DNA of 20,000 nucleotides from an uncultured virus (IMG/VR IMGVR_UViG_3300020281_001373) (lineage: Duplodnaviria; Heunggongvirae; Uroviricota; Caudoviricetes): the IMG/VR virus record IMGVR_UViG_3300020281_001373; one strand, written 5' to 3'. Positions 8,095-16,039 of the stretch are shown piece after piece. The translations under genes were made by a program, and so were the position numbers. Position 1 is the first letter of the stretch. The number at the start of each line of letters is the position of its first letter. The notes below the pieces were generated by a model that saw only the letters and a program-made list of their open reading frames with translations, did not search any database and was not told the origin of the DNA.

Positions 8095-8396
8095 ACACCA
8101 AAACTTTCACCACAACCACATGCGGCTGTAGCATTAGGATTGTTTATTACTAATTGTGAACCAGCAAACTGTTCAACATAATCTATTTCAGAACCATAGA
8201 TATACATCTCAGCAATCTTATCTACAACAATAGTATCTTCAATTAGTACACCATCATCTGTTGAATCTGTAAATGTCCATGAATATTCAAAGCCAGCACA
8301 ACCACCACCTTTCATAGATAGATGCGCGTACTTTTTATCCTGATTACTAATTTTTTCAGTAATGTATTGTTTAGCTTGTGGAGTTATACTAAGCAT
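8091..8396 (-). CDS. iscA: A-type Fe-S cluster carrier (IscA/SufA/HesB family)
   Basis: ITPQA, GGGCAGFEY, GSEIDY and NPNATAACGCGESF, with all three cysteines intact. Confidence 0.93.
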   Translation of the reverse strand: MLSITPQAKQYITEKISNQDKKYAHLSMKGGGCAGFEYSWTFTDSTDDGVLIEDTIVVDKIAEMYIYGSEIDYVEQFAGSQLVINNPNATAACGCGESFGV

Positions 8397-8968
8397 TAAT
8401 TAAAGGTCTTTCCTGTAAATTGAGCTGAACCGCCAGTGTCTTCAATTGTAAATGTATCAAATGAAGATACTGTTGTTCCACCTAATGTTAAAGAAGAACC
8501 TGTTATACTTGAAAATGTAGCTCTTGTAGCTGTCAGTGTACTATTAGTATCAAATGTAAGATTAGGTAAATTGACATCTGTCATGAATGTAATAGTGCCA
8601 GAAGATTTTACATTCAGAGAACCTTCAATATCTACACTACCTCTAAGATATGTTTTTCCTACTTGGTTTGTTGTACCGTAGTTAGTCCAGACATCATCAG
8701 AATCTGTACCATAGAATATTGCAGTACCATTAAAACTATCTGAATCAGAACCAAGATAAACACCACCCTGTTTAATATCAATGGTTGAACCTGTAAAGAT
8801 GGTAGTACCTCTAATACCGACATTACCATTAAAGATAGATTGGCCCGTCACTTCTAATCCAGGAAGTGTGACACTCTCTGGATTTTCAAAACCAGTTAAA
8901 TTACCATCTTCATCAAATGATAATGAGCTGATTATATCTGCATGTTTTCTTGTTTTACTCTTAGCCAT
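8396..8968 (-). CDS. Short tail-fibre-like virion protein
   Basis: G/S/T-rich beta-strand repeats (LEVTGQSIFNGNVGIRG, GSVDIEGSLNV) and MAKSKTR N-terminus. Confidence 0.55.
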   Translation of the reverse strand: MAKSKTRKHADIISSLSFDEDGNLTGFENPESVTLPGLEVTGQSIFNGNVGIRGTTIFTGSTIDIKQGGVYLGSDSDSFNGTAIFYGTDSDDVWTNYGTTNQVGKTYLRGSVDIEGSLNVKSSGTITFMTDVNLPNLTFDTNSTLTATRATFSSITGSSLTLGGTTVSSFDTFTIEDTGGSAQFTGKTFN

Positions 8969-8972
8969 ATAT

Positions 8973-8980
8973 TATTTAAT
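8973..8980 (-). promoter_or_regulatory. Late-promoter-like ATTAAATA, 4 nt before ATG 8968
   Basis: Minus strand reads GATTAAATA-ATAT-ATG. TAAATA core, intergenic. Confidence 0.45.
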
Positions 8981-8981
8981 C

Positions 8982-10226
8982 TTAACTAGGGTCCATAAAC
9001 TGAAATGTAGCAACTGTTGAACCAGTTGCGTTTATAATAGTAAGGTTATACTTACTTGGTATTGATACTTTTTGACCAGCAAGTGTAAACCCATCACTAT
9101 CAAAGTTTGCACGGCCTTCATTACCTTGTAATGATAGAGTACCATCAGAGTCTGCAATATTACCAGTGACGGTCATATTAGTTCTTCTTGACCTATTTCC
9201 AAAACTGCCATCACCATCTGAATCATATAATGGTGCAATTTTAAATGTTCCAGTACCTGTAAGTGGACTTGAAGTAGAGTTTAAAAATCTTACATATGAT
9301 TTACCAACTACTTGCTTTGGTTGAATAAATGAACTCATTGCTTGTTCATTTTGAGCATTCATATTTTGTCTGTTTTGACCACCTTTCTGTGTATCATAAG
9401 AGCCATCATCTTGTCTTTCAAGATAAAATCCCGAGTCTGAATCTGAATCATCTCCTAAGAATCCGAATGTGACATCAGTTGCTTTAAAAATTACTTTACC
9501 TTGTAAGTCTAATGTACCAAAACTTACGAATACAGTATTCTCAGAGTCATGCACGTTTGCTGCACTTTTTGGATAACCAAATTGTAATGGTGTAGTTTCA
9601 CCAGAAACTCTTGCAATATTGATAGTTTGACCACCTTGCTTTCTTCCAAAAATTACATTAGAACGCTCGACATATCTACCAATCTTCTTTTTTATTAGAA
9701 AATCATTTGCAATGCTCGTGCCATTTGCATAGAGTGAATCAGAATCCAGTGGAAACTTTCTATGCGCGTTTATCATATTATAAACTCTATCAGTAGTTGG
9801 GAAAATATTATCATCTCCCTTAAATAAGTATTGTCCTTTGAATGTTGTAGTTGTATCTGAATCTGAACCTAAAATAGCATCACGAAAACCTGACCTATAA
9901 AACTGCGTGATTTCTGCTGCATTAGGGAACATTTCACCAACAATAGGGTTATTAGTAGAAGAAAATCTATTGTATAAGTCTGAATCTGGTTGATTTTGTA
10001 AACCCTGTAGAATTCCTCTCGATGTCCTGTAAAAATCGTCTGTCTCATTTGAATTGTGTGCTATCTGGAAACGACCTACGTTAAGCTTTCCAAATTTTAT
10101 TGATGTATTATTACTGTTTCCAAAAATTACGGCATCAGAATCATCAGACAAATAGAACTTACCACCAGGACCAGTGGGATTTGAGATATTTGCTACTCTT
10201 CTTGTTTTAGATATTTTTCGTGCCAT
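8982..10226 (-). CDS. Putative virion/fibre protein, DSD-rich
   Basis: 414-aa ORF, G/S/N/F-rich, about 9 DS[DE] sites, SKTRR N-terminal motif, and a C-terminus resembling that of 8396..8968. Confidence 0.55.
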   Translation of the reverse strand: MARKISKTRRVANISNPTGPGGKFYLSDDSDAVIFGNSNNTSIKFGKLNVGRFQIAHNSNETDDFYRTSRGILQGLQNQPDSDLYNRFSSTNNPIVGEMFPNAAEITQFYRSGFRDAILGSDSDTTTTFKGQYLFKGDDNIFPTTDRVYNMINAHRKFPLDSDSLYANGTSIANDFLIKKKIGRYVERSNVIFGRKQGGQTINIARVSGETTPLQFGYPKSAANVHDSENTVFVSFGTLDLQGKVIFKATDVTFGFLGDDSDSDSGFYLERQDDGSYDTQKGGQNRQNMNAQNEQAMSSFIQPKQVVGKSYVRFLNSTSSPLTGTGTFKIAPLYDSDGDGSFGNRSRRTNMTVTGNIADSDGTLSLQGNEGRANFDSDGFTLAGQKVSIPSKYNLTIINATGSTVATFQFMDPS

Positions 10227-10232
10227 AACATT

Positions 10233-10634
10233 CTAAAAATTAAAAATTCTTGGTATATCTTTTGTGTTGTCATTTATATCAGATGGTCCTTGCAATGCAT
10301 CTCTTATGGCACCAGTTGTAGCACCACCACCTCTCACAAGACCAGATCCTGAAACTTTTAGATCTGCATTGGAGGCATTGTTTACTATACCGCCACCTGA
10401 ACCAAAGCCACCAGAACCTAAAATATTTCCATCTACTATGACTTTAATATAAGTTGCCTTTGAAAAATGTGGTATTGTGAGTGCTGATATTCCAGGTAAT
10501 GATGTAAGATTTACACCTTCTGGAATTTCTATAATTACTGATGAAACGGATGTTCTTTCAACTTCAGATGGTTCTACAATATAACCAACTTGATCTGATG
10601 TGATTTTTTTATAGTATTGAGAATGTACATGCAT
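10233..10634 (-). CDS. Small glycine-rich adhesin-like protein (T-even gp38-like)
   Basis: VIIEIPEGVNLTS...SALTI.....YIKVIVDGNILGSGGFGSGGG...GLVRGGG resembles the beta-helix-to-polyglycine transition of gp38 adhesins. Start moved to ATG 10634, just after the upstream stop. Confidence 0.5.
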   Translation of the reverse strand: MHVHSQYYKKITSDQVGYIVEPSEVERTSVSSVIIEIPEGVNLTSLPGISALTIPHFSKATYIKVIVDGNILGSGGFGSGGGIVNNASNADLKVSGSGLVRGGGATTGAIRDALQGPSDINDNTKDIPRIFNF

Positions 10635-10635
10635 T

Positions 10636-11076
10636 TTAGCCTGCCGATGCTTCAGTGAAGAACCATTTACTACCGTCAAATGTTCCTGAAGCCATCTTAG
10701 CAGAATCGCCTAATGTTGTTCCTTTAGCTCCGGTTCCCCAATCAATTGTTAATGTACCATTTGAAACGATGGATAATTGTGAACCTGTAATCCAACCAGA
10801 AGTAGGAACTGTGACTGTACCAACACCAGTATGAATTACTGTTGTCACAAAACTTCCAGCAATGACATTATCATTCGCTGTTAAATTCTGTACGCTTCCT
10901 AGAGACCCAGACATTGCAATACTGTTAGCAGCAATATCACCAGAACTTACATTACCACTCACATTGAGAGTGCTAGATGTAATACCTTGAGTAATGATAT
11001 TAGTTATATCAGCATTCGCATCTTGTTGTATAAGATTTGGTAATTCTGCGAATCTTCTAGTTTTTGATTTTGCCAT
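10636..11076 (-). CDS. Short tail-fibre-like protein
   Basis: AGGAG SD, MAKSKTRR N-terminus, beta-shaft (LNVSGNVSSGDI) and fibre-tip-like TVTVP..GW..GSQLSIVSNGTLTI.....TL.......FDGSKW. Confidence 0.6.
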   Translation of the reverse strand: MAKSKTRRFAELPNLIQQDANADITNIITQGITSSTLNVSGNVSSGDIAANSIAMSGSLGSVQNLTANDNVIAGSFVTTVIHTGVGTVTVPTSGWITGSQLSIVSNGTLTIDWGTGAKGTTLGDSAKMASGTFDGSKWFFTEASAG

Positions 11077-11090
11077 AATTTCTCCTACTA

Positions 11091-11098
11091 TATTTATT
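11091..11098 (-). promoter_or_regulatory. Late-promoter-like AATAAATA
   Basis: Minus strand reads AATAAATA-TAGT-AGGAG-AAATT-ATG (11076). Confidence 0.6.
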
Positions 11099-13208
11099 AT
11101 CCACTTTCACGTTTGAACCAAACCTGTACATTCATTTGTATTGGGTCAATTGGGTTTGAACTTGCATCCCAGGTTCTTACTCTGATTGCTCTATTATTTG
11201 GATTTGCTATAAGTGGTTTACCACCAAATACATCAATTGTTAAACCTGTATCTGAATCTGCTCCAGGACCAGGTGCTACTGCATTTGTTCCTTGAGCATC
11301 AATTGATGAGAATATAGGCTGACCTTGAGGTGCACATGTTGATACTGCCATTGACATATAGAATCCATTTGTATCATTTACTGGTACAACCTCAGAATCT
11401 AATAAGAAGTAATATACACCTTCAGCGTGTCTTGAATATTTTAATTGATCTGAGTCAAAACCAAATGTTGCTCTATCAATAATTTTATTTGGATTAGGAC
11501 CATTATCTGAGTCAAATGATACTCTCAACCATGCTGCTGTTAGTGGAGTTTCTCTAATTGCATCTGCAAATTGGTGTGTCCATTGACCACCTGAATATAC
11601 TAATGCTTCACCAATTCCAGGTTGTTGACCATCGACTGCTTCATCTACATTTGATAGCTGACCAAGAGAACTTACACCAGCAGTTGGACCACTAAATGAG
11701 TATACTGCAACAAAGTCATTTACATTTAGTTTTGTTGGGAATAATATGTCATTTCCATTTACCTGATACTCAAGCACTGGTACTTGTGATAATAGTAATC
11801 CATTCAGGAATACCAATACGTTTTGTGGGTCATTTGAAGTTTGTAATACTGGTGAACAATCTACTAATCCAGTTGTAAATCCTGGATGATCAGAATCATT
11901 TACTGTAAATGTATGTTCTAATGTTTGGAATGCTTCTGATGGTAATCTGTTTCCACCTAATTGGTTTGATACGTTTCTTATCCATACAGCGGATAATTCA
12001 TCTGAATCTTTAACATAGTTATCTGAATCAAATGCAATCATTCTAGATGCTGCATATTCTGCTATTTGATCTGAGTCAGAATCATAGAAATAGAAATCTC
12101 CTTGTGCTTGTGATAGATTAATACCATTTAAGAATATAAGTGGATTACCACCAACACGAGCAACAATAAAGTCAGAATCATTATAGATATCTGAATCTAT
12201 CATTCTAAATGTTTGGTGAGTACCATTTGCACTTTGTGTTAAATTACGTGATTTTCTGTAGACAACAAAATCTGAATCTGCAAATCTAAAGTTCTTGTAG
12301 AAGTGAGCTACAGTTTCATCAATAGGTGATATAATAGAAACTTCATCATTTGCTTTTAAACTACCATAAAATTTTATTGCATCTGATGGACCAGAAACTA
12401 CCTGATCAACATCTTTAGTTGTGACATTCGCAAGTATCTTATAATCAATGAATGCATACTTATCTGAATCTGAATCTCTTGTTGTGGTACCCGCACCAGT
12501 GGGAGAACGACCATCTCCAAATGCATCTGAATCAACTGGTTGTAGGTGACCATTTACAAATACAACGGCATTTGCATTTGAAATTACTTTTGAGAAACCA
12601 ATCTTTGTATCTGAATCTGTAATTGATTGTGGTGATACTGCCGCTGATTGAAAGTCAATTGTGAAATTACCAGTCGCATCCGGATCTTGTGGTTCATACT
12701 TATTACCAGTCCATCTTAAATATTGTCCAACAGTTGGACCTTTGTCAGCATTCATATCACTCATTAATCGAGTGGCCATTTCAGCTTGTAATTCTTTTAG
12801 TTTAGGGTTATAGTTTATATTTGTTGTTGCTAAATCACTTCTACTCTTTGCTACCACTGCATTTACAAGAGCATCCATAAAATCACTATCAAAGTGTTGA
12901 CCAGATCTTATATTTACTGTTGCTGCTGTGTCAATAGCTACTTTTCTGTTAGCATCTTTCTGTACTTTTTCAAATACAATTTTATCTTTAATTTTTGTTG
13001 AATGTCTTGTTTCAATTGTGGGATTAGCCTGATCAGGTTTTACTACAAAGATATCACTATCTTTTCCTGAATCATAACTTGCATTATCTCTTTTAACGGA
13101 TAACGTAGTAAATGTTTCAATTGTATTATCACTATCAATACGTGATTTAGTTCCGTCTACAACAAATCCAGCACCTAATTTTGATAAATCTCTTGTCTTT
13201 GTACCCAT
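11097..13208 (-). CDS. Virion structural / tail-fibre-associated protein, DSD-rich
   Basis: Three VF[VL]NG-type beta domains (VVFVNGHLQ, LIFLNGINL, LVFLNGLLL..EYQVNGNDILF), two fibre hinge motifs (PTVGQYLRWTGNKY; SLGQLSNVD..PGIGEALVYSGGQW) and about 17 DS[DE] sites. Confidence 0.7.
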   Translation of the reverse strand: MGTKTRDLSKLGAGFVVDGTKSRIDSDNTIETFTTLSVKRDNASYDSGKDSDIFVVKPDQANPTIETRHSTKIKDKIVFEKVQKDANRKVAIDTAATVNIRSGQHFDSDFMDALVNAVVAKSRSDLATTNINYNPKLKELQAEMATRLMSDMNADKGPTVGQYLRWTGNKYEPQDPDATGNFTIDFQSAAVSPQSITDSDTKIGFSKVISNANAVVFVNGHLQPVDSDAFGDGRSPTGAGTTTRDSDSDKYAFIDYKILANVTTKDVDQVVSGPSDAIKFYGSLKANDEVSIISPIDETVAHFYKNFRFADSDFVVYRKSRNLTQSANGTHQTFRMIDSDIYNDSDFIVARVGGNPLIFLNGINLSQAQGDFYFYDSDSDQIAEYAASRMIAFDSDNYVKDSDELSAVWIRNVSNQLGGNRLPSEAFQTLEHTFTVNDSDHPGFTTGLVDCSPVLQTSNDPQNVLVFLNGLLLSQVPVLEYQVNGNDILFPTKLNVNDFVAVYSFSGPTAGVSSLGQLSNVDEAVDGQQPGIGEALVYSGGQWTHQFADAIRETPLTAAWLRVSFDSDNGPNPNKIIDRATFGFDSDQLKYSRHAEGVYYFLLDSEVVPVNDTNGFYMSMAVSTCAPQGQPIFSSIDAQGTNAVAPGPGADSDTGLTIDVFGGKPLIANPNNRAIRVRTWDASSNPIDPIQMNVQVWFKRESG

Positions 13209-13212
13209 AGTC

Positions 13213-13220
13213 TATTTAAT
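13213..13220 (-). promoter_or_regulatory. Late-promoter-like ATTAAATA, 4 nt before ATG 13208
   Basis: Minus strand reads GATTAAATA-GACT-ATG, the same motif and spacing as 8973-8980. Confidence 0.45.
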
Positions 13221-13221
13221 C

Positions 13222-15573
13222 CTAGTTGACCATTGTGTGATACTCAATTGTAATCACATCATCTATAGCGGTGTTTACCGCAAAGTTAATTGTAATGTTA
13301 GAACCTGATACCGCAGATGAACTAATATCTACGGTGTGATTCACTAAAGCAGTACCTAATCTATTAAAAGATTTTGAATTTAATTGTCTTACACCATTAT
13401 GAAATACTTTCACATTATCTGCAATCGGTGGTGTGACTGTACTTGGTACTACAAATGTAAATGATGAATATGAACCTTCCGAATCATTTACTATATGTTC
13501 TTGTGTTATCATTCTAAATGATTCAGCAATATGTTTTGAGAATATTTGGTCTATATCACTATCATCTCTTATTGCTTGAACAACTCCTCTTGCTGTTCTT
13601 TTTTGCAAGTCTGAATCTGAATCAAATGTTTGAATGTAATTTTTCTTTAATGTTGCTTTTAAATTTGTACCAGTGACAAGATCATCTGAGTCTAATCTTT
13701 GTACTCTATCTAAAATAAGGTTATCAAATCTCACACGTAGATCTGAATCTCTACCCATTGAATCAGAATCTGCTGGTACTGAACTCTCAGATATTCTGTT
13801 TAGTAGTGAGGTAAATGTTCTTGAAACTAGTTCAGAATCAGAATCTAGTTTTAGTATTTCTTTTCTTGCTACACTTTGTAGTAGACTGTTCTCAGAATCT
13901 TGATTTATTAACTGATTTATAACTATATCAGATAGTCTGTTTTTAATTAATAGACCATCATCAGAATCTGAGTCTATCACTCTCATTACTATATCATTAG
14001 CAATCTTAAGTCTATCTGAGTCTGTGACTGAATTAATTAATGCTGTTCTTATGATTCCTAGTTCTGAATCATTACCTTGTAGATATGCGAGTTCAGAATC
14101 ACCAGTACCATATACAAATTCTCTTAATGGTTTATTAACTTTTTGTCTATGATTCTTTTCATCACTATCACCGATGTTAACACCATTTCCACCAAGATAT
14201 CTTACTACTGTTCTTTCTACAAATCTTTTATTAATAGCTTTGAATTTTCTTGCAAATGATGGATGATACAAGTAATAGTTTGTATGTGTTCTCTTACCAC
14301 CGCTTGTTGCTCTAGTTCTATAATCGGAATCTTTTAATTCCATCATAGTGTCTGAATCGACAGCACCAAGTCTGAGTCCCATGAAACCCCAGAAGTTAAC
14401 ATTTCTAGCTATTACATCTGCAATAAAATCTGAATCTTTTCTTGTAGCTGCAAATACACCAGGTGTGACTTTCTTATCATAACCTAATGAATATCCTTCT
14501 GAGTCTGAATCTGTAAGAACTCCTTTACCTTGCAATGAATCAATTGTTCCTGCAACACCAGCAAAGCCTTGAAACTCTGAGTCACGTGCAAGGTGACCAT
14601 AATCCAGATAATCATAGAATAAGTTGAAATGACCTTGATGTAATGGTTGCGATCTTCTTACAACGGTTTGATATGTTGCACCTAATCTACTAGCAAGTAA
14701 GTTTGAACCATAAGTTCTTGTATGACCGGCATTCGTAAAGTCTGAATCTAGTATAACACCTTCAACAACCGCAGATGCTAGTTTTCTTCTCAAATAATAT
14801 AGTCTATTTCTAGTTGTATCTGAATCAATTAAATTGTTTGTGTCTGAGTCGTGTCTTAGTGAACCATAAGAGATGTCTCTGTTAAATGGTAATAGATTTC
14901 TTTCAGTAGAACTTGCTGCTCTTCTTAAACCAATGGCATTTTCTTCAAAGTAATCTAGGAATACTTCAAGAAAATCTGTTGCCGCGGGTAAATCAGAATC
15001 ATAGTGTGCAGGTAAATTTTTAGCAATAGTTTTATATCCATCACTGTCGTTCTTTACAACATTTAATTCACCTTGTAGCCTTCTTAATTCTACCTGATCG
15101 TATCTTAAGAAGTTTATAAAGTATGCTTTTAGTAATGTTTTAAAACTAACAAATTTAGATGATGAGTCAGAGTCTGCCGCAAGTAAAACATGTGGTGCTC
15201 CTCTGTAAGTGTTTCCAGCACCATCATCATAGGAAATTGGTATGCTGTCTATAAATGTTCTGAGTTTTGACCAGTCGGCTTGATTTGGACCGGTACCATT
15301 ATCAATTGCAGAAGTCTTACTCCAGCCAGATGGCTTTCCATAATATTCTACGAGGTGATCGCTGTCTATATTTTGATATATAGTATTAATGACATCTGAA
15401 TCCATGGTGCGTGCGATAGCGCGAACATAGTGTCTGAGGTCATCAGATACACGTTTCGAGTCGTGTGCCGTTACGCCACGAGAGTCATATATTTTTGAGA
15501 TTTTAGCCCATTCAGAACGTAAACCCGTTACGTCGGTTTGAAATGGTCGTATCTCGGAATCATTTAATGCCAT
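13222..15573 (-). CDS. Large DSD-rich putative virion protein
   Basis: 783 aa, mostly helical-looking, about 27 DS[DE] sites. C-terminal NVKVFHNGVRQ...ITINF....IDDVITIEY is the same domain type as in the 703-aa protein. Confidence 0.6.
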   Translation of the reverse strand: MALNDSEIRPFQTDVTGLRSEWAKISKIYDSRGVTAHDSKRVSDDLRHYVRAIARTMDSDVINTIYQNIDSDHLVEYYGKPSGWSKTSAIDNGTGPNQADWSKLRTFIDSIPISYDDGAGNTYRGAPHVLLAADSDSSSKFVSFKTLLKAYFINFLRYDQVELRRLQGELNVVKNDSDGYKTIAKNLPAHYDSDLPAATDFLEVFLDYFEENAIGLRRAASSTERNLLPFNRDISYGSLRHDSDTNNLIDSDTTRNRLYYLRRKLASAVVEGVILDSDFTNAGHTRTYGSNLLASRLGATYQTVVRRSQPLHQGHFNLFYDYLDYGHLARDSEFQGFAGVAGTIDSLQGKGVLTDSDSEGYSLGYDKKVTPGVFAATRKDSDFIADVIARNVNFWGFMGLRLGAVDSDTMMELKDSDYRTRATSGGKRTHTNYYLYHPSFARKFKAINKRFVERTVVRYLGGNGVNIGDSDEKNHRQKVNKPLREFVYGTGDSELAYLQGNDSELGIIRTALINSVTDSDRLKIANDIVMRVIDSDSDDGLLIKNRLSDIVINQLINQDSENSLLQSVARKEILKLDSDSELVSRTFTSLLNRISESSVPADSDSMGRDSDLRVRFDNLILDRVQRLDSDDLVTGTNLKATLKKNYIQTFDSDSDLQKRTARGVVQAIRDDSDIDQIFSKHIAESFRMITQEHIVNDSEGSYSSFTFVVPSTVTPPIADNVKVFHNGVRQLNSKSFNRLGTALVNHTVDISSSAVSGSNITINFAVNTAIDDVITIEYHTMVN

Positions 15574-15602
15574 TGGTCACCAATTATAAAGTATACTTGT
15601 TT

Positions 15603-15610
15603 TATTTATT
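15603..15610 (-). promoter_or_regulatory. Late-promoter-like AATAAATA driving the minus-strand cassette
   Basis: TATTTATT on the + strand within the divergent intergenic gap; left arm of a 10-bp inverted repeat. Confidence 0.65.
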
Positions 15611-15617
15611 CTTAGTG

Positions 15618-15625
15618 AATAAATA
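15618..15625 (+). promoter_or_regulatory. Late-promoter-like AATAAATA, 4 nt before gp25 ATG
   Basis: GAATAAATA-ATTC-ATG with no SD; right arm of the inverted repeat. Confidence 0.65.
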
Positions 15626-15629
15626 ATTC

Positions 15630-16037
15630 ATGGCAATACAACAGACATTTCAAAGAAAAAGCAAATATAAGGATTTTGATCTGAACTTTACAAAACACCC
15701 TCTTACTAATGATCTTGCGGTCAAAAAAGGTGTTGCAGCAGTAAATCAATCTGTGAAGAATTTAATTCAAACTGCGTTCTATGAGAGACCGTTTCAACCG
15801 ACACTTGGTTCTCAAGCAAGAAGTCTTTTATTTGAGACTGCTGATGCTATTACTATATCGAACATGAGAAGAGTTATCAAAGAGGTAATTCAAAATCATG
15901 AACCACGAGTACGTATAAAAAATATTGTCATAAGAGATATGACAGATTCTAATGCTTATGGCATTGAGTTAAGATATGAAATGAAAGATATAAAAACAGA
16001 TGAGAACCTAAGCATAGTTCTCGAAAGATTGAGGTAA
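15630..16037 (+). CDS. gp25: Baseplate wedge protein, T4 gp25-like
   Basis: YKDFDLNFTKHPLTND, AVNQSVKNLIQT..YERPFQPTLGS...LLFE and I.NHEPRV. Confidence 0.93.
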   Translation: MAIQQTFQRKSKYKDFDLNFTKHPLTNDLAVKKGVAAVNQSVKNLIQTAFYERPFQPTLGSQARSLLFETADAITISNMRRVIKEVIQNHEPRVRIKNIVIRDMTDSNAYGIELRYEMKDIKTDENLSIVLERLR

Positions 16038-16039
16038 TA

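Noticed and set aside
8436..13903. Plus-strand ORFs 8436..8681, 8781..9020, 10264..10452, 11113..11295, 11696..11878 and 13673..13903
   Set aside because: Antisense shadows of the minus-strand cassette; their SES runs simply mirror DSD codons.
8982..15573. Recurrent GAATCTGA/GAATCAGA-like words read as a CRISPR array, DNA repeat or DGR
   Set aside because: They are reverse-complement DS[DE] codons with synonymous variation and irregular spacing inside open ORFs; no cas or reverse transcriptase gene is in view.
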